Of a DNA stretch of 56,579 nt, positions 19,287 to 28,380 are shown one piece after another. The position numbers and the translations under genes were made by a program. Each line of letters starts with the position of its first letter. Position 1 is the stretch's first letter. The DNA comes from a virus (taxonomy: Duplodnaviria; Caudoviricetes), in IMG/VR virus record IMGVR_UViG_3300038724_000006, positions 1 through 56,579 of that record; one strand, 5' to 3'. The notes under the pieces are model-generated. The model searched no databases. It saw nothing but the letters and a program-made list of their open reading frames with translations, and was not told the DNA's origin.

Positions 19287-19505
19287 CTACGCACTCTTGG
19301 TGGGATTAGGATAATCTTCGGTAGCGGGTTGAATTAATTCAAACGCCGACCATAAGTCTCCGAACATACCCCTTTCGTCTGGGCGTATTTGCTTCTCTAA
19401 CGCTTCTAGTTGCTGCTCGGCATCATCTGGCAAGGGGGCAAGGTTAAGCAGTTGCTGCGCTTGTTTGAATGCTTCGCTGGGTTCTTTCATTGGCGGTTGT
19501 TTCAT
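19287..19505 (-). CDS. Small acidic protein coupled to muF; candidate immunity/inhibitor protein
   Basis: 72 aa, ATGA overlap with the muF stop. Confidence 0.65.
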   Translation of the reverse strand: MKQPPMKEPSEAFKQAQQLLNLAPLPDDAEQQLEALEKQIRPDERGMFGDLWSAFELIQPATEDYPNPTKSA

Positions 19506-21022
19506 CGTGTTGTCTTGCGATCGGATGCGATCGCAACCTCTATCAGTTCATCAAAATATATTGCCACGCTTTCATCCCACTTGGCCAAGCTGGCGCGATT
19601 CATTAGCCATGCTGTGAAGTGCTCTGCGTGCCATTCGAGACTATTTGTATCGCTGTATAAAGTTAGGCTTTTGAGCATTGGCGCTCTGGGTAGTCCTGCC
19701 CAGGCATGCACTTGGTGCCCGACTTCATGTATCCATGTATTCACTAGGCCCGGATGGCTTTCGCCGTTGAGGGCGTCATAGGTTGCCCGCATCGACCAAA
19801 AGCGGCTACGGTCGCCCAGCTCTTGTGCGTGCCTAGCGGCATCGACGGCGGCGGCCATGAGGTCGGAGTCTATTTTAGTGAGCTTATCTGATGCCTTGGC
19901 TTTTACCACTACATATTCTGCGTTTAAACGTGTCCAACCATTTGACCGACCGGCATGAGATGAGTAGTAGGATGACCGCGCCTCTCGCCCTTCAAGCCCT
20001 AAAAACTCGCCTATTGGCTTTTCTAGCTCCCATGCCTTCTTTCCTTTGCCTTGGTCGCTCTGTTTTAGAAAGAGGGTTTTAGTGGGATGGGCTTCCATAA
20101 ATCGGGCGAGCTTTTCAACTTGAGGCGCTGCACCGGGGATCTGCGAGAGTACTTGCTGCACGCCTTCTTGTGTGACGTTTTTACAGGTGCTGAAGGTTAG
20201 GTCTGCCGGGAATACTTGCACGCCTTGCGTCGGTACCGGCTTTGCCAGTGCCTTGGTCATTGTTTTTTTTGTTTGCGCGACGTGTTGCTGTGCAGCTTTG
20301 CCGCGTGCCATGCCGGGGTTGTAGTCCCAGCCGGGGTCGATGCCGTTGGGGACTTGTAGCGTTTCGCCGGTGCGGTCGTTGATGTATTCACGGTTGCGGA
20401 TCGGTGGGGCTTTGTCGGTGAACTCGCCTGAGTTCATTAGTTTGTCGTGTTCGCGCTGGTTGATTTGACGCACGCGACATTTGCAGCCCCAACCGTTGGG
20501 TGGGTAATGCGTTGACCAGAACGGATCTCCAGACGGCAGGATTAACCCTGCCCAGTTAACGTGCTGGACGCGGTGTTGTTCTGATGGCCCCAGCTCATAC
20601 ACTAAATACGGGTGCGTTTTGCTGCGTCGCTCTATGCGCTGCCATTGCCCAGCTGCTCGGGCGGTGCGCATATTGGTGCGGTAAATGGTTTTTAAACGTC
20701 GCGGGCTGCCCAGTTGAGCATTGATCACTTCACCTGTTAGCGGATCCACTTCGTCAGAGCGGCCCCACCAACCCAGCTTTTGCAGTGTGGGGGTTAGCTC
20801 TTGGCGAAACTGCGCTAGGGTTTTGCCTTCCGCTAGGGCTTGGTCTAGTGACTCACGAATACTGGTGAGCACGTCCATGCGCATGGCTTTGGCGACGGTG
20901 AATGCTTGAGCGTGCTCTTGTCGCCATACGTCGCGATGATCAAAGCCGGGTTTAAAGCCTTTGGCGCGAAACCATTCTAGGGCGTCTTTTGGCGGTTGTG
21001 AGGGGAAGCGGTATTCAGGCAT
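19502..21022 (-). CDS. MuF (gp30) minor head protein with C-terminal HExxH metallopeptidase-like extension
   Basis: MuF motifs AFTVAK, RRLKTIYRTN, YPPNGWGCKC, IDPGWDYNPG; then about 250 extra aa containing WIHEVGH and EWHAEHF; probable start MPEYRF. Confidence 0.9.
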   Translation of the reverse strand: MPEYRFPSQPPKDALEWFRAKGFKPGFDHRDVWRQEHAQAFTVAKAMRMDVLTSIRESLDQALAEGKTLAQFRQELTPTLQKLGWWGRSDEVDPLTGEVINAQLGSPRRLKTIYRTNMRTARAAGQWQRIERRSKTHPYLVYELGPSEQHRVQHVNWAGLILPSGDPFWSTHYPPNGWGCKCRVRQINQREHDKLMNSGEFTDKAPPIRNREYINDRTGETLQVPNGIDPGWDYNPGMARGKAAQQHVAQTKKTMTKALAKPVPTQGVQVFPADLTFSTCKNVTQEGVQQVLSQIPGAAPQVEKLARFMEAHPTKTLFLKQSDQGKGKKAWELEKPIGEFLGLEGREARSSYYSSHAGRSNGWTRLNAEYVVVKAKASDKLTKIDSDLMAAAVDAARHAQELGDRSRFWSMRATYDALNGESHPGLVNTWIHEVGHQVHAWAGLPRAPMLKSLTLYSDTNSLEWHAEHFTAWLMNRASLAKWDESVAIYFDELIEVAIASDRKTTR

Positions 21023-22679
21023 CTGCTGATCCGTCGCCCACTCCATTCGTAAGGAACATAGCGGCTGCTAGGTTGCGCACTAGCTCGGTGTCGTCCATGT
21101 CTTCGAGCAGTTCTTGCAGGCCTGCGGCGAACTCTTCGGCGGTGTCTACGGCATCCAGTAAGTCGCGGATGGGTTGCAAGATTGGGTCGATCTGGGCTTG
21201 CCAATGATTAAGGCTGGCGGCTTCGAGTTCATCGAGTGCTTGTTCGCTGGCGTTGAGTTGCTCACGATTTATCGAGGTATGCAGTGCTTGGGTGCAGGCG
21301 TGGCATCCACACGGCTGCTGTTGATTGAGTGCGGTTTGGTTTGGCTGCGGCTGTTCTGGCGGTGTAGGTGGCGTTGGAGCAGCTGCAACGACTAACACTT
21401 CGGCACCGTCTTCAGGATCTGGCAGACCGAGTTTGTCGCGCATGACGGATGCTTCGACTTTTAAACCGAACGGGATCAACTTCATGACGTTGTCGACCAG
21501 GGCGCTGGTGTCTTCTTGATCTTCTGCCGCAATCATTACGCGTGGGTAGTTTTCTTGCGGGCCGAAGTTCAGGTCGATGAATGAGCGCACCAGGTATTTG
21601 TTGATGGTGTTGCTGAGTTGGCGGGCGTCGGATTCTAAAATATCCTGGCGAACTTCATCCTGGGAATCTGAGTTGCCTAACGCGCCGGGCGTGCCGTCTG
21701 CGGAGGCGGTTTGGCCGAGTATGGCTTTTGAGATTTGTTTGTCTAAATACTCAGCCAAGTTTTTAAAGAGATCGGCACCCCCTGTGCTGTTGCCTGCGGC
21801 TTCGAACTCGATGCGCATGGACTCGGGGATGACGGCGGCGGCATCGGTGCCTATGTTGGCCACGGCGTTAATAAGGGTGTTGATGTCTTCTGGCGTTGCG
21901 CCGGTGCCGTACTTGCCGACCCGCAGCGGCATGCCGAACACTTCGGCAAAGGCCATCCAGTCGGTGACGGTGTAGGCTTTGCACATATAGGCAACGGCAG
22001 CTAAACGCGCCAAGCCGCCACGGATCGGCAAGCCTGATTTAAGGCGTGGGCGGTGAATGATGAAGCGATGCGGTGGCAGTGGTTTGCCATTATAGGTGTC
22101 TTCTTCATCGATTAACCGCAGCTGGCGGCCTTGTACCCGGTCGTACATAAAGAAGCGTGGGTCTCGCCATGCGTAGCCTTCGACTTCGTGCCATTCGCCG
22201 TCGATTAGCTCGTTGCGATCGCGCGGTGTCCACGGGGTGCGTTTGGTGTCCCAGTTCATTTCTATGACTGAGTAGGCTTTGCCTAGGGCATCTAGGCAGT
22301 CGTCGAGCATGTCGCCAAATTCTGGGCGACGTATTAGTTCGCGCACGGCGTCGGCCAGTTTTACGTCGGCGGCATCGTCGGTCGCGGACTCTACGCTAAC
22401 CGGCAAACCGGACACGGCGCGTTTGCGGGTGCCGAGCACTGAGCCGTAGTGCGGGTCGCGCTCTTCCATTTCTTCCGCGAGGGTTAGGTATGCGGTGGCG
22501 TCGCCGTCGTTTGCGGCGCGCAGGATCGCCCCTAGGCGTTCTGGTGTTATGTATTCGGCTTCGCTGCCCCAGTTCCACACTGACCGCACGCCGGTTAGCG
22601 ATGCGTGGGCAACTTCTTTGCTGAGGTCTGACTTTTTAAACGGCTGGCCGTTGTGATCTAGTATTGTGCTGTCTGCCAT
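21015..22679 (-). CDS. Portal protein (Mu gp29/H, DUF935)
   Basis: EEMEERD, FAEVFGMPLRVGKY, QISKAILGQT. Confidence 0.96.
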   Translation of the reverse strand: MADSTILDHNGQPFKKSDLSKEVAHASLTGVRSVWNWGSEAEYITPERLGAILRAANDGDATAYLTLAEEMEERDPHYGSVLGTRKRAVSGLPVSVESATDDAADVKLADAVRELIRRPEFGDMLDDCLDALGKAYSVIEMNWDTKRTPWTPRDRNELIDGEWHEVEGYAWRDPRFFMYDRVQGRQLRLIDEEDTYNGKPLPPHRFIIHRPRLKSGLPIRGGLARLAAVAYMCKAYTVTDWMAFAEVFGMPLRVGKYGTGATPEDINTLINAVANIGTDAAAVIPESMRIEFEAAGNSTGGADLFKNLAEYLDKQISKAILGQTASADGTPGALGNSDSQDEVRQDILESDARQLSNTINKYLVRSFIDLNFGPQENYPRVMIAAEDQEDTSALVDNVMKLIPFGLKVEASVMRDKLGLPDPEDGAEVLVVAAAPTPPTPPEQPQPNQTALNQQQPCGCHACTQALHTSINREQLNASEQALDELEAASLNHWQAQIDPILQPIRDLLDAVDTAEEFAAGLQELLEDMDDTELVRNLAAAMFLTNGVGDGSADA

Positions 22680-22691
22680 GCTGGGTACTCC

Positions 22692-24350
22692 TTACAGGCA
22701 GCCCCGACGGAAACCGCCGGTGGTGCGAATGGATCGGTGACGTTGGTCGTCGTTTCGTTGTTGGTGTTTGGCGGCGCTGTGGTAGGCGAAAAGCTCTACA
22801 TCTTGCTTTGATGCGTAGTAAGCAAGTGCGAGCGCAATGGCTGAGTCGCCATGACGCTTTAATTTGCTGTTGTCGCTGTCTTCTTGTTTAAGTGCCGGTA
22901 GTTTTACGATGCCGTCGATACGCTCTAGCGCACGAATATCGTTTAAGACGTTGTCACTGATGGGCAGATCAATTGTGTCGTCGGTAAAGGCGTCAACGAA
23001 GTCCCCCATGTTGTCGCGATACCAAGCATTAGTAAGCATGATCTGCTCAATAATTTCGTGTCCAAATTTGTCGGCAGTGTATTCTGCGAGGGTTGCACCG
23101 TTTCCGCCTGCATCCATTGCGCCTTTATGAAAGCGCGGCAACTTTTCAATGATGTACCAAATAATCTGTTCTTGTTGTCGAGTTGGAACCTTGTGCATAT
23201 CGACCAGGAACGGACAATATCTTTTTAGATTTTCTTGTATTTCTAACGGAGCGAATACCGCAAAGTCACAATGTCTCGCGTAGTCAGAACCGTACGCGTA
23301 GCGAGATTTTTTATTAAGTGTCGCAATGACTGGATCGACGTTTATTCGTATCCATTCATCACACCAACTTTTTCGGTACTCTTCACTTTGCAGAGCAAAT
23401 TGATCATCACACTCTAAGCGCAATATTGGCCGCTCTGATGTCATGCGTGCTTCGATTAATATGCCGGGGATCGCTACGCCTGAACCTTCACGAGGTATGC
23501 CGTCCAGCTCTTCGAGCATTGCGGCTTTGTTGGTGCCGTATGTGCCGCGCACTCGCTTATACCAAGCGGCCTTTCCTTCTAACGTTGGCTCCCAGCCTTT
23601 AACCATACAGACGCGTTCGTAAAGCCCATTGGCTACGGCATCATCAAAGTAAACATCAAATACTTTGTAATCGTTTAACCCTTTTTTAGCGTCTCTTATC
23701 AACTGATTAAACGGGTTTTGAGCACCGTTGTGAGTCGATATTATGCGAATTTTACCGCCCCAAATAATTAACGCTGACGATGCATCTAGTACGCCTTTTA
23801 CATTTTGATGGAAGGCGGCTTCGTCAACATCGACAATTCCTTGCAAGCCACGAATGTTTGCAGGGTTGGATGATAAGGCGACAATCTGAAAGCCACTTGC
23901 AAAACGAATACGGTAAGATGTTATTTTTTTAGATTTAACTTCTTGCGTAACTTCATCGATGGTTTGATCGTCGAATAAAAAAACTTCTACGCCATTCCAG
24001 TCGTGCGCCATTGCCATCGCCATGACCTTCGCCATGTGCGCACAGTAGCCAATAAATTCCAGACCTTTGTCTTTAGTGTCGCCAATATAAAAGACGTTAT
24101 CGCCTCCGGCTTCGCGGCTGCTGGCTGCCGTAATGGTATCGTCTTTGGCGGTTGCGTAGGTGATGCCGGTACGGCGGCCCTTGGATGCAATGCACAAGTC
24201 ATTTGCATGAATGAACTTAAGCCAGTCGCGCTGATGCTTCATCAGTGCGCCATCTTTTAATAGGTTGGGATCGCTAGGCAGTTCGCGCACACTGGGTGGG
24301 AATTCGTGCTGCTCTACAATGCGAATCACGTCAGACGGCAAGGTGCTCAT
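22692..24350 (-). CDS. Terminase large subunit (Mu gp28/E)
   Basis: KGRRTGIT, NIRGLQG, DEAAFH, ISTHNG, HGDSAIA. Confidence 0.96.
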   Translation of the reverse strand: MSTLPSDVIRIVEQHEFPPSVRELPSDPNLLKDGALMKHQRDWLKFIHANDLCIASKGRRTGITYATAKDDTITAASSREAGGDNVFYIGDTKDKGLEFIGYCAHMAKVMAMAMAHDWNGVEVFLFDDQTIDEVTQEVKSKKITSYRIRFASGFQIVALSSNPANIRGLQGIVDVDEAAFHQNVKGVLDASSALIIWGGKIRIISTHNGAQNPFNQLIRDAKKGLNDYKVFDVYFDDAVANGLYERVCMVKGWEPTLEGKAAWYKRVRGTYGTNKAAMLEELDGIPREGSGVAIPGILIEARMTSERPILRLECDDQFALQSEEYRKSWCDEWIRINVDPVIATLNKKSRYAYGSDYARHCDFAVFAPLEIQENLKRYCPFLVDMHKVPTRQQEQIIWYIIEKLPRFHKGAMDAGGNGATLAEYTADKFGHEIIEQIMLTNAWYRDNMGDFVDAFTDDTIDLPISDNVLNDIRALERIDGIVKLPALKQEDSDNSKLKRHGDSAIALALAYYASKQDVELFAYHSAAKHQQRNDDQRHRSIRTTGGFRRGCL

Positions 24351-24916
24351 TTGCCCATCCCTAGAACTTCTTCACGCCAGAACTGAGCATCTTCTTTCGT
24401 CATGCCGCGCTGAACCGCAACATCGTGAACGTGGTTGGCTGCTTCTTCGGCAAAGGCTTTGCGTATTTCTTTTTCGCGTTTGAGGCTGTCCATATTTGCG
24501 CTTTCGAGGCGGCGGATCAGTAGCGATAAATCTTTGAGCATGCCAAGGCTTGCGGGGTCGTCGCCTTCGGCTGCGTCGGATAAAATGTCAAACGCGAGTG
24601 ATTGGGTGATGTTGATCAGCAGTTTGCCTATATCACCTTGTGGTACTTCGCCCAGCTTTGATGTCAGGGCGTTGGCAGCGGCTTGGCGTTCTTGCATCTT
24701 TTTGCCAATCGCTGCCATGCGCGTGGCGTAGCGATTTAATCCGCTGCGGCTGATTTTTTCGTCGTCTGCACCCATCGCTTCGAGCTGCGTATTAACTTCG
24801 TCTAGGATGTCTTGCTGCGTGTATTGCTGATCGCGCAACATGGCGTTTAACAGCGATTTAACAGCATCGGGGAGCTGTTCTATTTTTGATCCACGGCCAC
24901 GAGTAGTTTTAGCCAT
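24347..24916 (-). CDS. Terminase small subunit (Mu gp27/D, DUF3486)
   Basis: RGRGSKIEQLP, ISRSGLNRY. Confidence 0.9.
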   Translation of the reverse strand: MAKTTRGRGSKIEQLPDAVKSLLNAMLRDQQYTQQDILDEVNTQLEAMGADDEKISRSGLNRYATRMAAIGKKMQERQAAANALTSKLGEVPQGDIGKLLINITQSLAFDILSDAAEGDDPASLGMLKDLSLLIRRLESANMDSLKREKEIRKAFAEEAANHVHDVAVQRGMTKEDAQFWREEVLGMGK

Positions 24917-25210
24917 TTAAGCCCCCCGGCGAGGTACGCCAATGCCAGGAACGCGTGCGGCACCTTCGGCTACGTCGTAGCCGCGTGACGTGAGTGTGAC
25001 GACGTCGGTGCTTAACACAGATTCGATGGTCACTAGCTCTTGCTCAGCCAACCAATGTAAATGCGTTTTCACTTTGTCGCGGCTAACGCTGTGACCAAAA
25101 CGTCCTAATACTTTTTGCAAAATGGAGTCGTTAGAGCTGCCGTTTAATTCTTTTAAACCGCGCAGAATAACGAGGCGCTGATCTTCTGTGACGATGTCGT
25201 GATAGCTCAT
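24917..25210 (-). CDS. Mu gp26-like winged-helix protein
   Basis: EDQRLVILR...WLAEQELV...LTSRGYDVAEG...PG. Confidence 0.88.
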   Translation of the reverse strand: MSYHDIVTEDQRLVILRGLKELNGSSNDSILQKVLGRFGHSVSRDKVKTHLHWLAEQELVTIESVLSTDVVTLTSRGYDVAEGAARVPGIGVPRRGA

Positions 25211-25557
25211 GACTTACTCCCGTTGAGCAGGTGGCGATGCATCAGCTGCATGGTGTGGTTCATTTGTTTTAGTTCGCCTTCCATACTGGTTAGGCGTTGT
25301 GCGGTTTCGTTGACGCGCGTATGTATTTCGCCCAGATCTTCGTGTCCGGGCATGTGTTCCATTTGCGCTTCTAGGCGTGTTAGGCGGTTGCCTAGCTGTT
25401 CGGTATCTTCGTCGACTTCTGCGCGCAGCGTTTCAATCGCGCTGGCGTTGGCCTTTTGGCGATTGCTGATAATTAACCAAATAAAGCCGCCGATGGTGCC
25501 AACCAGTTGGATGGCTTGTAGTAAAAAACCCAGCGCTTTGTAGTCGAGTTCATCCAT
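25207..25557 (-). CDS. Mu gp25-like membrane protein (DUF2730)
   Basis: N-terminal TM segment plus coiled coil RLTRLE...HMP; synteny. Confidence 0.78.
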   Translation of the reverse strand: MDELDYKALGFLLQAIQLVGTIGGFIWLIISNRQKANASAIETLRAEVDEDTEQLGNRLTRLEAQMEHMPGHEDLGEIHTRVNETAQRLTSMEGELKQMNHTMQLMHRHLLNGSKS

Positions 25558-25787
25558 TAGCAGCGATCCTTAAGTTCGTGCAGGCCTTGGCAGTTGATAC
25601 AACGTGCCGCATTGGGTTTTGCGTTTAGTCGTTCGGGCGCGACTGTGTCGCCGCAGTCGATGCACCAGACGTTGCCGTCGGTGTCGATGTCTTGCGGTGG
25701 CTCTTTTGCTTTTAATGCCTGCGCTTTTAGGGCGTTGTCACGCTGAAAGTTTTCTAGGTCTTTTGCGCGGTCTAGGTCATCGGCCAT
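25557..25787 (-). CDS. TraR/DksA C4 zinc-finger protein
   Basis: MADDLDRA, CIDCG...ERL...RCINCQ. Confidence 0.92.
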   Translation of the reverse strand: MADDLDRAKDLENFQRDNALKAQALKAKEPPQDIDTDGNVWCIDCGDTVAPERLNAKPNAARCINCQGLHELKDRC

Positions 25788-26043
25788 TTGTGCTCTCCGA
25801 GTGCGTACTGAGAATGACGGCCTCTAGTTCGTCGGCGTAATTACGGCGAGCACGGTCGCGCCTGATTAGGCGGTAATAGGTTTGCTCGCTGAGGCATTCC
25901 ATGTCGGCTTCATCTAAGCGCGGCAGCTCTGGGCGTGGCGGCATGGGCAATGGAGCCAGCTGATACTCGGTGCGGGTTGCACAGCCGGTGCTAGTAAGTG
26001 TTGTCAAAATGATTGCGACGGCCAGCTTTGAGCGCTTCAGCAT
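25777..26043 (-). CDS. Putative o-spanin lipoprotein
   Basis: Signal peptide with lipobox-like STGC, Pro-rich segment, overlaps the i-spanin 3' end. Confidence 0.7.
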   Translation of the reverse strand: MLKRSKLAVAIILTTLTSTGCATRTEYQLAPLPMPPRPELPRLDEADMECLSEQTYYRLIRRDRARRNYADELEAVILSTHSESTNGR

Positions 26044-26248
26044 CGGCGGCATCCTCCTTTGCGTGTTGCTCGCGTAATTCAGCGCGGGCGGTGTTGATGT
26101 GTTGGTAGTTGTCGGTAATCGCTTGTGACCGGTCGGCAGTTTCTTCGGCTCTGTCGGCTCGTTCTTCTGCTAATTTGGTGCGGAAAACCAAAGTAAAAAT
26201 GGCACCAGCGGCGGCTAAGAAACCGACGACTTTTGATGTCCAGTTCAT
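25991..26248 (-). CDS. Putative i-spanin
   Basis: Start MNWTSK with GGAG RBS; N-terminal TM segment and coiled coil; lies in the lysis cassette. Confidence 0.7.
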   Translation of the reverse strand: MNWTSKVVGFLAAAGAIFTLVFRTKLAEERADRAEETADRSQAITDNYQHINTARAELREQHAKEDAADAEALKAGRRNHFDNTY

Positions 26249-26508
26249 GGCTGTTTTTCTCCGGGCGGCGGGTGTTGTGGTGACGGTTGCGGCTTGCGCT
26301 TTTCTGTCCACTCTCGGCCCAGCCAAATGGCAAGCACGGCAGTAACGGCGCTGCCGAAGTCGATGGCGCTCATGGTTGGCATGGTGCCGAGCGGGCCTAA
26401 TGTCATGCCTGCAATTACGAATTTAACGAGCAATGCGAACCAGCTAATGACCACAAAGGTGAGGGTTTTAGATTGGCAGCCGCGCCCGTCTTTCATGGTT
26501 GGGATCAT
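26245..26508 (-). CDS. Putative holin
   Basis: 87 aa, two TM segments, directly after the endolysin. Confidence 0.65.
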   Translation of the reverse strand: MIPTMKDGRGCQSKTLTFVVISWFALLVKFVIAGMTLGPLGTMPTMSAIDFGSAVTAVLAIWLGREWTEKRKPQPSPQHPPPGEKQP

Positions 26509-27020
26509 GCGACACCACCTAGTGCAATTCGCAGCGCTTCGTTTTGAGAAAGCAGTCCACGGACGTAGACGGTTTTTGGCTTGCGGAACGGGCGCGGGAC
26601 TTTGACGGCGGTTAGTATCTCGCCACGGGCTAACTCACCTTTTGCAGGTATGGATACATGCACCCATTGGCCGAATTCTAAGATAAGCTGATCAAAGCCG
26701 CCGTGCTCGCGAAACTGCGTGGCGAGTTGTATGGGAGTTTTGCCGGTGGCGGTTATATCAACGGCCAAGCCTTGGCAGTGCTGTGATGATGCAGAGCCAC
26801 CAATTTTGGTGTTGAGTGCTGGGCAACGATAACCAGAGCTGACGAACATTGGCCCGACATTGCTGCGAATAGGTTGCAGCAAATTGCGCGCTAAGCGCTT
26901 TATGTTAGAGTAGATCGGGCCACCTAATTTGACGCTGTTATCTATGCTATTACGCGCTGCCGTTTGGGAGCGCGTAAATTCGTCTAGGTAGAAGTTTTCG
27001 CTTAGCTTATGACGCTGCAT
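26505..27020 (-). CDS. Endolysin, peptidase M15A family
   Basis: LSENFYLDEF, SSGYRC..LN..IGG...SQH..G.AVD, WVHVS zinc ligands. Confidence 0.92.
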   Translation of the reverse strand: MQRHKLSENFYLDEFTRSQTAARNSIDNSVKLGGPIYSNIKRLARNLLQPIRSNVGPMFVSSGYRCPALNTKIGGSASSQHCQGLAVDITATGKTPIQLATQFREHGGFDQLILEFGQWVHVSIPAKGELARGEILTAVKVPRPFRKPKTVYVRGLLSQNEALRIALGGVA

Positions 27021-27078
27021 TACATGGCCCCACCCTCGTAGATTAGATTGGATCGCGTGATCGTTTTTCAGAATCTAA

Positions 27079-27129
27079 AGAGTACGTGGGGCGTGTTTGT
27101 GTTGGGCGGGGGTGGGTGTTCCGGTGGGG
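27079..27129 (-). promoter_or_regulatory. Putative Mor/C-activated late promoter of the lysis/packaging operon
   Basis: Same 26-bp box as 16241-16266; -10-like TACTCT 19 nt downstream. Confidence 0.75.
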
Positions 27130-27219
27130 GTTAAACGGAACTTAATTTAACGATAACACTGCATTACGCAGGACGCGAGTACCTGCATATATGGAGTTTA
27201 GACATTCAGGAAGAAAATC

Positions 27220-27876
27220 GTGGCATTACTCGATCCTAAAGAAATATATAAAAAATTTAGCAATTCTTTTTCCTTGCTTCATCACGCTAAAGAGCCTCTT
27301 TCAGCGAATGATCAAAGGAAAATGGCACACGATCTAGTAAGTGTTAATAACTATTTATTATCAATCACCAAAGAAACAAACGCACTAAATTTACTTTATT
27401 CACAGTCGGCTCATGATGCACGTGTAAAGGAGCAGTTTGATGCTGATAGAGAGCAATTTGATGCACATAGAGCCTTCATCGAAAGCTCATATGAAAAAGT
27501 GGAGCAGTATTTTCGAACTATACAACTTGCAGGTTATGCTGCTTTTTTTGGGTTGTGGAATTTAAGTAAAGACTATCTTCCTGAAAAATATGCATTATAC
27601 AGCTTGCTATTAATGATCGTATCAGCGCTAGTGTTTATGTTCTGGGAGGTATTGAAATCTTCGATCATCATACTAGAAATAAAAGGTCATGCTAAAACTG
27701 GATCAAACTCGGTAGAGAACTTCATAAAATCTAGAGTTAAGATTAGAGGGAAAGGTTCGGCTATATCTATAGTTACTAAATATAGATTCATCCCTTGGTT
27801 TATTTCTATATCAGCAGCAACTGCATCAATCATGATTTTGATTACGCTTTTCGTATGTCGTGTAATTGAAATTTAA
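27220..27876 (+). CDS. Accessory membrane protein (about 3 TM segments)
   Basis: 218 aa, AT-rich, opposite strand to the lytic genes, flanked by imperfect direct repeats. Confidence 0.78.
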   Translation: MALLDPKEIYKKFSNSFSLLHHAKEPLSANDQRKMAHDLVSVNNYLLSITKETNALNLLYSQSAHDARVKEQFDADREQFDAHRAFIESSYEKVEQYFRTIQLAGYAAFFGLWNLSKDYLPEKYALYSLLLMIVSALVFMFWEVLKSSIIILEIKGHAKTGSNSVENFIKSRVKIRGKGSAISIVTKYRFIPWFISISAATASIMILITLFVCRVIEI

Positions 27877-27951
27877 CAACACACTAATACGTGGGGCGCG
27901 AGTACCTGCGTTTTTTACTTTAAAAATCAAACGAAAACTAAAGGAACTACC

Positions 27952-28236
27952 ATGCCAACTCTCCCAAATGGAACAAAACTAGCCAACACCCCTATGTGGG
28001 CCATAAAGCTATCTAAAATAGCAGAACCCTATCTAGAACAGGATGATCGTATTCCTAATAACTTAGTAACCTTCTTTTTTTATGAGTCTGACGAAGGAAT
28101 GCCATCATTCACAGTTGAAAAAAATGAAATGACTCTGAATGATGACGAATTCAAAGTTTATAGAGATATAGCCACTGAGATTTTTGAATCGAATAAAGAA
28201 AGTATATTTGAAGAATTTTATAACTTGTCAAAGTGA
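27952..28236 (+). CDS. Accessory small acidic protein
   Basis: 94 aa with AAGGA RBS. Confidence 0.72.
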   Translation: MPTLPNGTKLANTPMWAIKLSKIAEPYLEQDDRIPNNLVTFFFYESDEGMPSFTVEKNEMTLNDDEFKVYRDIATEIFESNKESIFEEFYNLSK

Positions 28237-28380
28237 AGGTGGGGGTCGTAGCTGCGCTGCGACAAACTCTTTAATTTAGAGAAATAGGCAGAACTATTTG
28301 GTAACCTGTTGAAAAATATTGAGTTTATAAATAAGTGCAAAACTCAATGAAAAATAAATACATACTGTATAGGAAAAATC

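Noticed and set aside
27144-27909. Calling the repeats true integron attC sites
   Set aside because: No complementary GTTRRRY end, no long imperfect palindrome and no intI; kept only as a cassette-like observation
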